In this document: positions 54,101 to 63,598 of the stretch, one piece after another
How positions within the stretch are numbered: the first letter of the stretch is position 1
Layout of the letters: every line of letters starts with the position of its first letter
Assembly (NCBI RefSeq): GCF_003704095.1
Contig: NW_020843606.1
Span: 124,001 to 188,000 of the forward strand
Direction: 5' to 3'
DNA: 64,000 nt
DNA from: Pocillopora damicornis
Lineage: Eukaryota
Program-made: the position numbers and the translations under genes
Notes under the pieces: model-generated
Database searches by the model: none
Told to the model about the DNA's origin: nothing
The model's input: the letters and a program-made list of their open reading frames with translations, nothing else

Positions 54101-56558
54101 TGTCGGAAATGGATTTGAAACTGCAGCTGTAATTTTACCAGAGCTCACTATTGGGAACATCTCTCCTCGGTCATTGTAGGTACCAATTGCTTACCCCCTT
54201 TCATTTTTTCGTGGACCATTATAGCTAAGGACTATGACATCCCACAAAGCTTATATATTGCTTTGACGTCAATCACACGGCTACAATATCGAAAGATTAC
54301 CTTTATCGTGTACACTGATATCCCACACGCGATTGGCTCACGAGTAATACTTGTCATGAACTGTTGCTAAAAAAGAGTTTGCGGTTTGTTATCTACGTGA
54401 ATACCGGACTTCTTATGAATTATTTTCGTTTGCTTTACGCAGTCACTTCCGTTGAGGTTGCGACATTTCGACTGCATAATGCAAGTCTTCTTTAGACGAC
54501 TTGGTGGCGACTTGTCAAGCGACGACATATTATGGAAGTCATATTAATAATCCATGATGCTCTTAAGAGTAGCGTGCAACTAACGTGTGTTGATATTAGG
54601 ATTAAATACCTCGTGAAACAAACGATAACACTTAAAGTTTTATTATGATATTTAAGGAATATCTAGTGGTTGTCCACGCGTTTAAGGTAATTTGTAGAAA
54701 AGCGACTCAAATTATGTGTTAGTTTTTCTACCGGCTATTAATTACTGTCTATGGTTTTTCAACAACTTTTCATCGACTCAATTTTGAAAATGTTAGGGAA
54801 GCTTTAGCTGTCAGTTAATCCTTAATGGTTATAAAAAGCCCCCACATATCGTTTCTTTTCTTTGCTCTCGTCGCGTGTGACTCGGTCGACTCGGTTTTAG
54901 TAACACGAGCGGCTAATGATGCGAGAAGTAACTGATATCGATGAACTCATACACAGCAATGTCACGATTTCAAGCGATGAAATAGTTTGCCCTGTGGCAA
55001 TAATTTGATGTCCACATACTTAGATTCTTAATTCTAGACGTAAAAAGTTGACTTTTCCTATTTTGTTTTGTTTTTTTTTTTGCTTTTTAAGTTGAGTGTT
55101 TGCTGTTTCTCGTATTTGCTCGGAAATTGGAGTAAAATAGTTTGTTTATACTCAGTAGAGGGTCCTTATAAACGATATTTCATTGTTCTACATGACTCGC
55201 ATTCAATTTCTACTCGATTCACTACAAAAAGTAAAGATTATGTCGAGTTGTTTTGAATTCAAATGATTTCAACCATACAAGGAGCTTTTCAATTTTTCAC
55301 TAAACAAAAAAGGCATACATGGATTCTACAAGTATTTCGGAAGAACACTTACTAAATTATTATTATTTGATATATAAACTTTTCAAAAATTTTAAATGGC
55401 GCAGAAAATGTTACAATATCCCTTACAATAAATATAAGGTCGAAGGTCGCGAAACATTAAGCGATTTTTTCCAAGTCTCAATTAAAACTGTTGCACAATC
55501 ACCCATCGTTTCAGAATTTCAATTAAGGCAAAAGGTCTCATTTTTTTTCTAAATGCATAAAACAGTAAATCTCACTAGGCCTAATATGTTTTATAAAAGA
55601 GTAAGCTTTTGAACTATTATGCCATGCAATTAAAGGTCTTATCTTTTAACAGTGGGACAGCAGATAGAAGCTACTTTGACACTAAAACTGCTGAGTCAAG
55701 TCTAACAAGCAGTTTTAGAGTCTAGTTCTTCTTTCTTCCTTTTTCTTTTTTCTCGAATAAGAAAATTTCAGGCTAATAAAAGGTATAATTGGGCTTCATC
55801 GTGAAAAACACTGCTTTTAGACTTTGAGTGCGTGTTTTGAGTGATAACTGATACAATCTTATTGCCAATCTTTAATCCGAACTATTACATTTTAACCGAA
55901 ATAATGCTTTGAAGAGAAGTTGTCAAGCTTTGAGTGGGGAAACCAGTATTTATTTTATTTCTCCATTTTTATAACGAAAATAATTTTACATCATCTATCC
56001 ATCCTTTATTTTGTATCTTTCAAATTGGACGACGTGAAATTTCGGAACCTTGACTATTGCAATTGAAAAATTGTGGTAAGAGTTTCTGATTTACTATCAC
56101 CAATAACTCATCTTAAATGACTGATAGTTCTAAACAAAATATCAGCACTGCAAATCTCACCAGAAGACTTCAGTTTTCCCACTAATTTCTCTCACGAGAA
56201 TTGACATTTGCGCAAAGACGATTCAAGCTCTTTTCTCAGTTTGGACAAATCAGTACTTTTCTTTGATGAGGATAGATAAGAGACGACGATACAATGCAAG
56301 ATAAGTAATCATGGAAATACAGTTATAGCTAACGGGCTATTAATACTTTCTTCGCTCTAACTAATTCTTGATACTACTTGTTAGGAGAAAAAAAGATTTG
56401 TTAAAGGAATTTTATGATGATTTTATCATCTTAACATTACCAAATTAGCCTTACTTTATATTTAAGAACATACCTTCTCCGTTTGCCGAGACAACAAAAA
56501 GCAATCCAAACAATGTAAAAACTTTCGCAGAAAGCGAAATTTTCTGTAAGGAATACAT
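18117..56558 (-). CDS. Gene A: giant multi-exon type I membrane protein (SP-VWA-EGF-WSC-like-F5/8C-FN2-[EGF/cbEGF-VWA]x11-EGF-F5/8C-TM-Tyr-rich tail), ~4,602 aa
   Basis: 67 exons with GT-AG boundaries and consistent phases from ATG (56556-56558) to TAA (18117-18119); summed CDS 13,809 nt, divisible by 3; 12 VWA, 42 EGF; the N gap at 37649-37748 could hide further exons. Confidence 0.88.
18331..18946 (-). CDS. Gene A exon: acidic Tyr-rich cytoplasmic tail
   Basis: 616 nt, phase 2-0, joins the TM exon in frame; 15 Tyr, ITAM consensus. Confidence 0.82.
19330..19934 (-). CDS. Gene A: juxtamembrane and transmembrane exons
   Basis: 19848-19934 and 19330-19396 give ...[29 protein letters not shown], followed by KRSSR from the next exon (positive-inside). 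Confidence 0.82.
20219..21476 (-). CDS. Gene A: membrane-proximal F5/8 type C domain in 3 exons
   Basis: 21279-21476 ([10 protein letters not shown]...GWCA...YLQVFFG), 20739-20887 (VIETEG...[10 protein letters not shown]), 20219-20354 (AHYIRIHP...CVRIALYGC). Confidence 0.88.
21858..21977 (-). CDS. Gene A exon: EGF
   Basis: 120 nt; [12 protein letters not shown]...[14 protein letters not shown]. Confidence 0.85.
22469..23029 (-). CDS. Gene A exon: last VWA
   Basis: 561 nt; DGSAS but ITSG lacks Asp. Confidence 0.92.
23190..23216. repeat. (AGTC)n microsatellite
   Basis: direct reading. Confidence 0.85.
23329..24158 (-). CDS. Gene A: EGF, EGF, cbEGF exons
   Basis: 24042-24158, 23715-23837, 23329-23442 (DLDEC). 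Confidence 0.85.
24390..24953 (-). CDS. Gene A exon: VWA (degenerate, YTGGD)
   Basis: 564 nt phase 1-1. Confidence 0.9.
25089..25660 (-). CDS. Gene A: EGF + cbEGF exons
   Basis: 25547-25660, 25089-25208 (DINEC). Confidence 0.82.
25792..26346 (-). CDS. Gene A exon: VWA (MIDAS DGSAS intact)
   Basis: 555 nt; DGSAS...GT...LTDG. Confidence 0.92.
26470..27169 (-). CDS. Gene A: EGF, EGF, cbEGF exons
   Basis: 27056-27169, 26745-26858, 26470-26583 (DINEC). Confidence 0.85.
27632..28189 (-). CDS. Gene A exon: VWA (degenerate, Lys-rich)
   Basis: 558 nt; DGTEG. Confidence 0.9.
28535..28898 (-). CDS. Gene A: two EGF exons
   Basis: 28785-28898, 28535-28651. Confidence 0.85.
29534..30076 (-). CDS. Gene A exon: VWA (degenerate)
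   Basis: 543 nt; DGSSN, VFTAG. Confidence 0.9.
30484..31446 (-). CDS. Gene A: EGF, EGF, cbEGF exons
   Basis: 31336-31446, 30788-30904, 30484-30603 (DIKEC). Confidence 0.85.
31639..32199 (-). CDS. Gene A exon: VWA
   Basis: 561 nt; DGSQS but ILTAS lacks the third MIDAS Asp. Confidence 0.9.
32772..33395 (-). CDS. Gene A: EGF + cbEGF exons
   Basis: 33282-33395, 32772-32891 (DVNEC). Confidence 0.85.
33569..34120 (-). CDS. Gene A exon: VWA (MIDAS degenerate, DGSAH)
   Basis: 552 nt phase 1-1. Confidence 0.9.
34616..40517 (-). CDS. Gene A: array of 17 single-exon EGF repeats (plus one dead exon)
   Basis: 111-nt exons 40407-40517, 40092-40202, 39598-39708, 39306-39416, 39077-39187, 38730-38840, 38444-38554, 38082-38192, 37763-37873, 37537-37647, 36672-36782, 36309-36419, 36034-36144, 35682-35792, 35469-35579; then 35259-35372 and cbEGF 34616-34732; all phase 1-1. 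Confidence 0.87.
37146..37257 (-). pseudogene. Frameshifted EGF pseudo-exon within the EGF array
   Basis: 112 nt instead of 111; reads [15 protein letters not shown]...[12 protein letters not shown]; weak GAG acceptor. Confidence 0.7.
37649..37748. other. Assembly gap (100 N)
   Basis: run of N inside the EGF exon array. Confidence 1.
39751..39865 (+). mobile_element. tRNA-derived SINE
   Basis: A-box-like TAGTGGTAGAG, B-box GGTTCGATTCC, non-tRNA tail. Confidence 0.7.
40754..41314 (-). CDS. Gene A exon: VWA (MIDAS DTSGS intact)
   Basis: 561 nt phase 1-1. Confidence 0.92.
41808..42381 (-). CDS. Gene A: EGF + cbEGF exons
   Basis: 42268-42381, 41808-41927 (DVDEC). Confidence 0.85.
43016..43585 (-). 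CDS. Gene A exon: VWA (MIDAS intact, GVGCCY)
   Basis: 570 nt; DGSGS...GGKT...LTDG. Confidence 0.92.
43784..44697 (-). CDS. Gene A: EGF + cbEGF exons
   Basis: 44587-44697, 43784-43900 (IINEC). Confidence 0.85.
43940..43985. repeat. (GAA)n microsatellite
   Basis: direct reading. Confidence 0.9.
45097..45630 (-). CDS. Gene A exon: degenerate VWA
   Basis: 534 nt; LDSSYN, MIDAS lost; counterpart of 5721-6257. Confidence 0.88.
45773..46418 (-). CDS. Gene A: EGF + cbEGF exons
   Basis: 46311-46418, 45773-45895 (DVKEC). Confidence 0.85.
46865..47425 (-). CDS. Gene A exon: VWA (MIDAS DGSSS intact)
   Basis: 561 nt phase 1-1; DGSSS...GGT...LTDG. Confidence 0.92.
47765..48214 (-). CDS. Gene A: EGF + cbEGF exons
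   Basis: 48092-48214, 47765-47878 (DYDEC). Confidence 0.85.
48582..48734 (-). CDS. Gene A exon: fibronectin type II domain
   Basis: CVFPFWY...YSC...[18 protein letters not shown]. Confidence 0.92.
48932..50698 (-). CDS. Gene A: N-terminal F5/8 type C (discoidin)-like domain in 3 exons
   Basis: exons 50537-50698 (SWCP...YFEIDLG), 49937-50061 ([10 protein letters not shown]), 48932-49115 (VRLAP...CLRTDLEGC); phases 1-1, 1-0, 0-1. Confidence 0.8.
50150..50412 (+). repeat. Dispersed noncoding repeat family; other diverged copies near 2020-2190, 19500-19720 (opposite strand) and 37380-37500
   Basis: shared GCCTGAAGC..GGAAAA..CG and CCAATCA/ATTGG blocks seen by eye. Confidence 0.4.
50865..51167 (-). 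CDS. Gene A exon: WSC-like Cys-rich domain
   Basis: 303 nt; LGCFVD...KCALEA...[10 protein letters not shown]...[13 protein letters not shown]. Confidence 0.82.
51750..51863 (-). CDS. Gene A exon: EGF
   Basis: 114 nt; [15 protein letters not shown]...[13 protein letters not shown]. Confidence 0.85.
52122..52664 (-). CDS. Gene A exon: degenerate VWA domain (no MIDAS)
   Basis: 543 nt phase 1-1; FALDASSK...VFALGVG...QLKEVASDP. Confidence 0.88.
52751..52895 (-). mobile_element. tRNA-derived SINE
   Basis: minus strand TAGCTCATTAGTAGAGC ... GGTTCCAGTCC followed by a T-run. Confidence 0.6.
53605..53975 (+). mobile_element. 5'-truncated L2/CR1-type LINE 3' end in gene A intron 1
   Basis: LRS...[32 protein letters not shown] is the typical ORF2 C-terminus; AT-rich tail ending in (ATT/ATC)n. 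Confidence 0.75.
56474..56558 (-). CDS. Gene A exon 1, signal peptide [28 protein letters not shown]
   Basis: ATG, hydrophobic core, small residues at the likely cleavage site, phase-1 GTATGT donor; equivalent to gene B exon 1. Confidence 0.75.
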
Positions 56559-58271
56559 CGTTACCTCCAGAGGACAGTGGAAAGCTCTGTCATTGCAAGG
56601 ATTGTTACCCCAATTATAAATATGTCATTAATTAATGTAAATCCAGGGCAATCAACCCATTGATTGTCTACAGAAGCATGCAACATTGCTGGACTAAAAT
56701 ATATGGAGGTTGTGAGAGATTGTCTATTGGCACGAAAAGCTAGAATACTTGTCAAAGATGTCATTATTTTCAGAAAAATTGAATCTCTCACTAGGTAAAA
56801 TTTGGGTTTTTGTGCAAAATTTTTGTGCATGTGGTCTAGATGAAAGCGTTTAATGGACTAATATTTGGTGTTGCCTTGGATAACAATCAACAAAGCCATT
56901 TTGATATTGATGGCTCATGTTTTGAAAGCAAAAAACGCGAAGGTGATCAGGGCATTTTTATTGGTTGATTTGATTTACATTCAATCATTTTTTCAGGCCC
57001 ATGGCCCTCCTTGACGTCTGAGGTTTACCGCCCAAGAGCCTTCCTTAGATAACAAGGGTAAATGTAAGAAAGAAATGCAACTGGAATTTTATTGCTGTAC
57101 ATCGTCATATTTGTCTTCAATGAAAATTAAGAATTCAATAGTTACTAATATTTTTTAAATCACAATCTGTTAAGCGCAAAGGATTAGCATTATCATCTTA
57201 CGAATAGTTGGGAGCCATCCGATATTTCATTCATAGCCTATCGAGCAGGGAGCAGCACAGCTAACCATTGTCAAAAACAATAAAGCAAATAAATCACTTA
57301 TAATTGATACGATAGTAAAACGAGTATAATGACTAAGACACGCAAAACATTCCTGTTCATCAAATAAGTTCTCAAAATTTTGATGCAACAAAAAAAGTTT
57401 TTCGACTCCTCAAAATACAAAGTTTAAAGTACAGGTGTAGAAATATTCTCAATGTAAAACGTTAACGCTTGGAATAACTTAAAGCTATAGCTATTTACTT
57501 TGAACTGCTCATGCTTGCTGAAAGATCGGAGAATCTTTAAAACAATTTCATTAGTAGTCACCTAATGCGTAACGTGTGTTGCATAATTGACCAAACTCCG
57601 GGTCTCTGTGGCCTCAGTCAGGCAGTAGACCATTGCCCTATGATCATTTGTGATAATTAGCCTCGTTCAAGTTTTTACATGAAAGCTAAATTTCATGCAT
57701 ACTACCTAATTTTTTCGTTATAACTTATCATGAACTAAGTCTCACCGCGATAACGAGATTTACTACAAGTCCCGCGAGGGTTGTTTGCATTCCGGCCAGC
57801 TAGCCTATTCTTAAGATATCATTTATATCCCTAATATAGTGTTCCGTAACAAAGCTCGCTGCCGTAAACTGTAGGCGCTGAAGCCTCATCACTAGCCATC
57901 CTAATGGGGACTTGTGTCACACAGTAACATGTGGTGGAGACATAATGCATGCCTAGAAAGGGGACCCAAGACAGTACCATGCAAGCATTTTGGTCATGTT
58001 TCTTAACATGGGTAATTTCTCATTATTAGTTATCACTACCTTCTTCTTACGGGGTGGCGAGCAATCCATGGCCAACGTATATTAATGCCACTACTCGAGG
58101 ATGGGCTGACACCTCAAAGTTGTCGTAATATTTACTAGATTCCGAAAAAAGCCTTGCTCAAATGTATTGTATTGTATTCAATCTTATAACTCTTATATTA
58201 TAACTATTATATTATATTATATATTATAACTCTTATATATTATAACTCTTACAAGAGTATTGGAAATGCCT

Positions 58272-58371
58272 AATTGCTTAATAAACGAGCGCGAGGGTCT
58301 TACTGGGGAATATTGGCCCGAGGTCGTGGCAGTGCGGACCGAGCGCAGAGAGGTCCGTACTGCCACGACCG
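58272..58371. repeat. Palindromic MITE-like repeat truncated by the assembly gap
   Basis: GGTCGTGGCAGTGCGGACC ... GGTCCGTACTGCCACGACC hairpin. Confidence 0.55.
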
Positions 58372-58471
58372 NNNNNNNNNNNNNNNNNNNNNNNNNNNNN
58401 NNNNNNNNNNNNNNNNNNNNNNNNNNNNNNNNNNNNNNNNNNNNNNNNNNNNNNNNNNNNNNNNNNNNNNN
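58372..58471. other. Assembly gap (100 N)
   Basis: run of N. Confidence 1.
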
Positions 58472-59439
58472 CACAAAGTTCAAAGTTATTACTTTACATA
58501 ACTTACTAAAGTAGAAACTGAACATCCTAGCAAGAACAAGCCATCTTAGAGTTCTGTAAAATGTAACCAGCAATTCCATTCACTACAGTGAGCTTTGCAA
58601 AATAATCAAAGAATGAGTGGTGAACATTATGGAAACAGGAAGTCGACCAGCTCACAAGATACAGTGCAATTTCTCTTCAGACCTATGGGACAAGGTACAA
58701 TGGGGGTATTTTTGATGGAAATTTTCATTTAACAAAATCTCTGCATTTCCCATTTTTGGCCATGCATATTCAAAATACTTTAATTTTTATTAGTAATAAC
58801 AATTTGACCCGAAGAGCATTTGCAAATGCAAATTCTACACTGTTTTACACTGATTGTCAGCCAATGCCTCCTGAAGACTTTTATGTGAAAACTTTTATAA
58901 ACGTGTAAGGTAACTACTTTTAAATAAAAGGCAGTAGAATACTGCATGTGGATGCTGGCAGTGACTGTAATGGTACAAAGATTGATAGCATAGAAAGAAT
59001 TGATTTGAAAACCTTAGAACAAAGACACCATCCTGGGAACCAAGACCACTTAGTGCCTCACATGGTAAGGTGGCTAATTACTAACAGTTTTTAGGATTTT
59101 CTGCATGAAGCCAAAATTGCTCACGCTGACAAAAATTGTGCAAGCAACTCTTAAAAAGAATTGAAAACTAGTTTCACCACCTCAATCATGATAAACTAAC
59201 TTGCTATACCAAAGAAAATTTCCAAGTAACTTTGGAAATAATGATTTTAGATATATGAAATTCATGTATTTGCACTGCGGCAAAGAAACAAATTTAATAG
59301 ATCCTCACAGCTAAGAACACTACTGAACTAGTAGTTGCAAATAGGACCTGAAAAAAATCCAGGCCCGTAAGGACAAAAAAGAAATATAAACAACTGACAG
59401 AGAAGTTCCAGTTTTGTCTTTCTTCAAACATGGCTTAAC

Positions 59440-59670
59440 AAAAAGAAACCTGAAAAAATTTAAAGCTTGAACGGGGATCAAACCCATGACCATCTCACAA
59501 TGTGATCAGTTCCCAGTTGGCTTGATAGCCCATTTGGTTGAGCACTGCATTGTTATTGCAGAGGTAATGGGTTCAATCTCCATTCATGCCCAAAATTGTC
59601 TCAGTTTTCTTTTCTCAACTACTTAAGTTGAGTATATATTGGTCACTGCGATGATCTTTCATTACTTAAA
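59440..59670. mobile_element. Back-to-back tRNA-derived repeat (inverted SINE heads)
   Basis: GCTTGAACGGGGATCAAACCCATGACC is the imperfect reverse complement of GGTAATGGGTTCAATCTCCATTCATGC; A-box-like TAGCCCATTTGGTTGAGC between them. Confidence 0.55.
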
Positions 59671-59873
59671 AATAATTGTAAGAGGCCATTTTGAGTTATA
59701 AGGGCTCATTCCAAATAAGGGTATTTTTCCACTCATCTCTGAGTTGAGGTTCATGATGCACCAATTTTTTTTCTTTTTTTTGTTCTTGCTATTTTCATTA
59801 CTTTACTGCATACATATGTGACTATTTTTAACTTGAGTGGCTAGGAAGCTGTAAGTTCAAAACACTATTACTA

Positions 59874-60103
59874 AGACAGTAAATGACTAATTGATGGATA
59901 ATCAACAGATAATCAAAGATATCAATAAGTAATCAATGGATCAATGAGTAATCAATGCTCCACAAAATTTTTGGCACTTGATTACTCATTTACTTAATGA
60001 GAACTGGCAATACCCCATGAGTAATAAGTTATTTACTCATTGATTATCCATTGATTACCCATTGATTACCCATTATCATTGATCATCGATTAGTTATGTC
60101 TGG
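59874..60103. mobile_element. Foldback/MITE-like element with inverted 11-bp subrepeats
   Basis: TAATCAAT-like units on the left arm, CCATTGATTA units on the right arm. Confidence 0.55.
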
Positions 60104-60431
60104 AATAGATAATTATGTCAAAACAATCAATTTTTTGCATGACATGCATGTAATAAGATGGTTGCCTTGGAATCATCAATCATTGTGGACACTCATTGGA
60201 CATATCAAAAACAGTCTGCGATGGATGAATGAACAGGTACAGAAAGTTTCAGCATCATAGCAAAAGTCCCTTTTCAAAATCTCCTTTGGGAGGAGGGGTG
60301 GCAATTTGTACTTCTCGCTTTGTACTCCTGAGGGTTACTATTATCAAGTTGATAACCAGCTACGTGTAAAAGTACATTTTTATTTTTCAGATTGACTCAT
60401 TTATGTTAAACAAATGACCAGTATTACTTAC

Positions 60432-62876
60432 CCATACAAAGGCCCTCCAGACCACAAGTAGATGGAGTCTGTATCACCTTACAACTCTAGCATGAGGATG
60501 TCTGACAGCTTCTCTTGATATTAGAAATTTCCCCTTTGTGGAAATCATTTAAAATGCACTCTCCAGTAAGAGGTCCAAGAAAGTTGTGTGCAAAAGTAAC
60601 ATTCAACTTGAATTAATTTGTTGCCTGCATTCCTGTAACCTCTTCTAATTTCACAACTAGATTATTTTTAAGTACAGAAATAAGACACATCGCAGCTTTC
60701 TCCTCATCATCTGTAAGTTCCATGTCTGGGTAGTAATCAAGAAACTTTTTCTCTAGAACAGTCCTCCCTCTTTGAAATATTGTCCAGAAAGGATATCTTT
60801 GGCTACCTGTTCAAATAATAAAGGATATTAATACAAGGTTTAAAATGAAATGCTGGTTTTTAAGAGGTGCATTTATCGTGTATTTTATTTTATCATTTCA
60901 CCACAAGTACATTTGTTGAATAAATATAATCATACTCAGTAATGTAAAAACTGAGAAGAGTGGAACAAGAACAAGCAATTTGGAAAGACACTTTTAAAGT
61001 GCCACTATGATCAAATTTGCAACTATCCAATCTAAACCATTTAAGCTACGTGATGATGTCATACACTCAACCAAATAAATAAATGCAAAATAGCTCAACC
61101 AGTTTGCATCAGAAATGTTTGATTCTTGGAAATAAGACTCTATTTGGTGGGTTCCACAAGATAAGATTGTAAATTGTGCTACAATGGCAACATGCTGGGT
61201 TCCACACCTCTCCAATGTTGAAGGCTTTTCTAGCATTTTTTAGCATTTTTGGTGGTTTTTTCTTGATCTCGCAAGCATGTAAAACAATGTGTTGGGTAGA
61301 GTATTTTGCCTGGTTAAAATTTAACTCCCAGAAGTGATTAACAAGTAACTTCTCCCTACAATATCCATGCACTATCTAGCAAACAAGTAATGAGAATACT
61401 CAGATTTGATCTAACACCAAATTCTTGAAACTTATTCATAAGGAAATTTGTTGCAGCCAGAGGGGAGAATTAACAATCAGATCTTGGGAGTTAAAGGGTT
61501 AATTTTTCCAAGCTTAAAGCCACTGAAATATTGAAAACAGGTCTGAGGAGACAAAGCAAAACAGAACAAAATTATTAAAAAGTTGAGAGGTATCATGATG
61601 AAAATAACATGGTGACACACTGAATCTAAATAAATAATTACACAAATAATGGAGTAAGAATTTGAAGCAAAGGGTTTCTGTTTTTCCACATTTTTTTCTG
61701 TTTGAAAATCCAAAAAGGTCACAAGTTCCAATTGACAAAATTCCACAGAAAAACTACAACAAAAGAACCAAACAAGATTCTTTCATAATATACAAGCACT
61801 CCTCCTCAATTTCAAGGAACTTTATTTGCAACTCCAAATGTCAATTATGTCAATCAATCCCCAGGCCACACTGATAACTTAAAAAAATTAAATTTCCTGT
61901 CCATTCTCACAAACAACTTTTTTCAACTAAATAGGGAAGAGAAAATTATATTGAACAATTTTCCCCTCCTTGGTTTAAAATCCTTTGAAAACCCAACACT
62001 AACTCAATCAATCTCTGAAACAAAATAACAAAAATTGTTCAAATGTTCCTGTTAGTCTTCATGGTACAAATCTGACTCCAACAATCTCTGTGATAAAACA
62101 ACAAACACATTTTTTTTAATTTCACTGCAAGTGTTTCTGGTACAAATCTCTTATGAACATAACTGGCTAGTGCCAATGTTCACTCTACCCACCACCTAGT
62201 GCGCATTGGGGGCGCTGTGCAATGTGGTGAAGCCGCACAGGGGAGTCCTGGGGGATTATTTTTGGTGCGAATATATGCGTAATTGGCAAACAAGCCATTA
62301 CTGCGCTGTTATCGTTATTTAATACAGTCAGAGACAATAACGGAAATTTCATCATTGATTCGTCACCCAGTATATGACACAATCCCCACACAACGATGAA
62401 ATCAGCTGGATTATTCTAAAGCCACAAGTGGACAACAATAAAGACAAAAGGTTCCTTTTAAAAACCAGTTTCTCGAATCTTACATCTGTAAATATCTCGA
62501 GCTGGAGCTCCCAATGAATGGTCTGCCACGCTTTGTTGATGTAAAATGCATAGCCAGTAATGAGATTCTAATAAATATGTTGCCTCGCTTTCCGCTTTAC
62601 AAGTATGCTGCAAAAGTTCTTAAAAGCGTTCCGACACATGTAACCGACGTGGAGGAATAGAACAAAATTAGCTTCTACTTTGAGTTACGAGTTCACAAGA
62701 GCTTAATGATGAAGAGCGCATTACCTTCGTGTCCAAGAGTTCGTCCCATATTCCTTCGACTTCTAAAATACCGTATCGCTTGCTAAAACTTATCCGGCTC
62801 AGGCTTATTGGTTCTGTAAGCTCCAATACCCCAGATATGGTGTGCCTTCAAACAACTTTTTGATGGCACCCTCCAT
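60432..62876 (-). pseudogene. Spliced pseudogene of an unidentified protein (4 visible exons)
   Basis: exons 62725-62876, 62484-62567, 62196-62415, 60432-60806 with GT-AG ends and matching phases; exon 1 is 1 nt short (G-run near 62829-62832); in-frame TAA (60613-60615) and TAG (60487-60489). Confidence 0.6.
61312..61502. mobile_element. MITE with TTAA-ended terminal inverted repeats (piggyBac-like)
   Basis: left TTAAAATTTAACTCCCA, right TGGGAGTTAAAGGGTTAA; noncoding interior. Confidence 0.55.
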
Positions 62877-63598
62877 TATTTACTGACCAATGTCGTACCC
62901 AGATCTCACTCTGTCTTACGTCAAAAAGCTGCAAGATGATCCTCCTCAAGTGGCACCCCAGATTTAACTGATTTTATTAAGAGTAAAACCCTGAAAGGCT
63001 TATATTGTGTTTTAGTTTGAAGTGTTTCTTTTATGTTTCTTATTTTGCAGTAAGTTGGCTTGTAATGGCTACTTTTCTCTCAAACATTTTTTTTCAGCCC
63101 AGTCAAAATATTTTTGAGGAGGCAAGCTGGCATAAGAAGTAGAGGCCGAACCTCGTTCAGACTAGACCGAGTTTAACAAGTGTGAAGTAAGCAGCAGATA
63201 TTTTGTTGCAGGCGGCCAAATCCCCAGCTGCCGGCACATTTTGACTGTGCTATTTGTTTTTCAGCTACTAAGTAATTTTATTAAAAGTTACTGCATTCCT
63301 TTCTAATAATTTGCTGCTAATTGATCTGGCAACTTGAGTGTATGCTGTGATTTGTGTGATTTTCATACGTAAACTAGAAATACCTGACGATGGTGATGAT
63401 GTACTAGATGATGTACTTGATGCCAAGCAATTTTGGTATAAAGTGTACGCCTTGCCCGTAGGTGATTTTAACTTGCTAGTAAGACTTGTAATTCACATAA
63501 TACACATTAGCTGAAATAGGAATAACAAAAGAAAATAGTTATATTTAACTATACCAAGCTTTGGTTTTATATCCAAATTAAGCACTTTATCGAAGATC

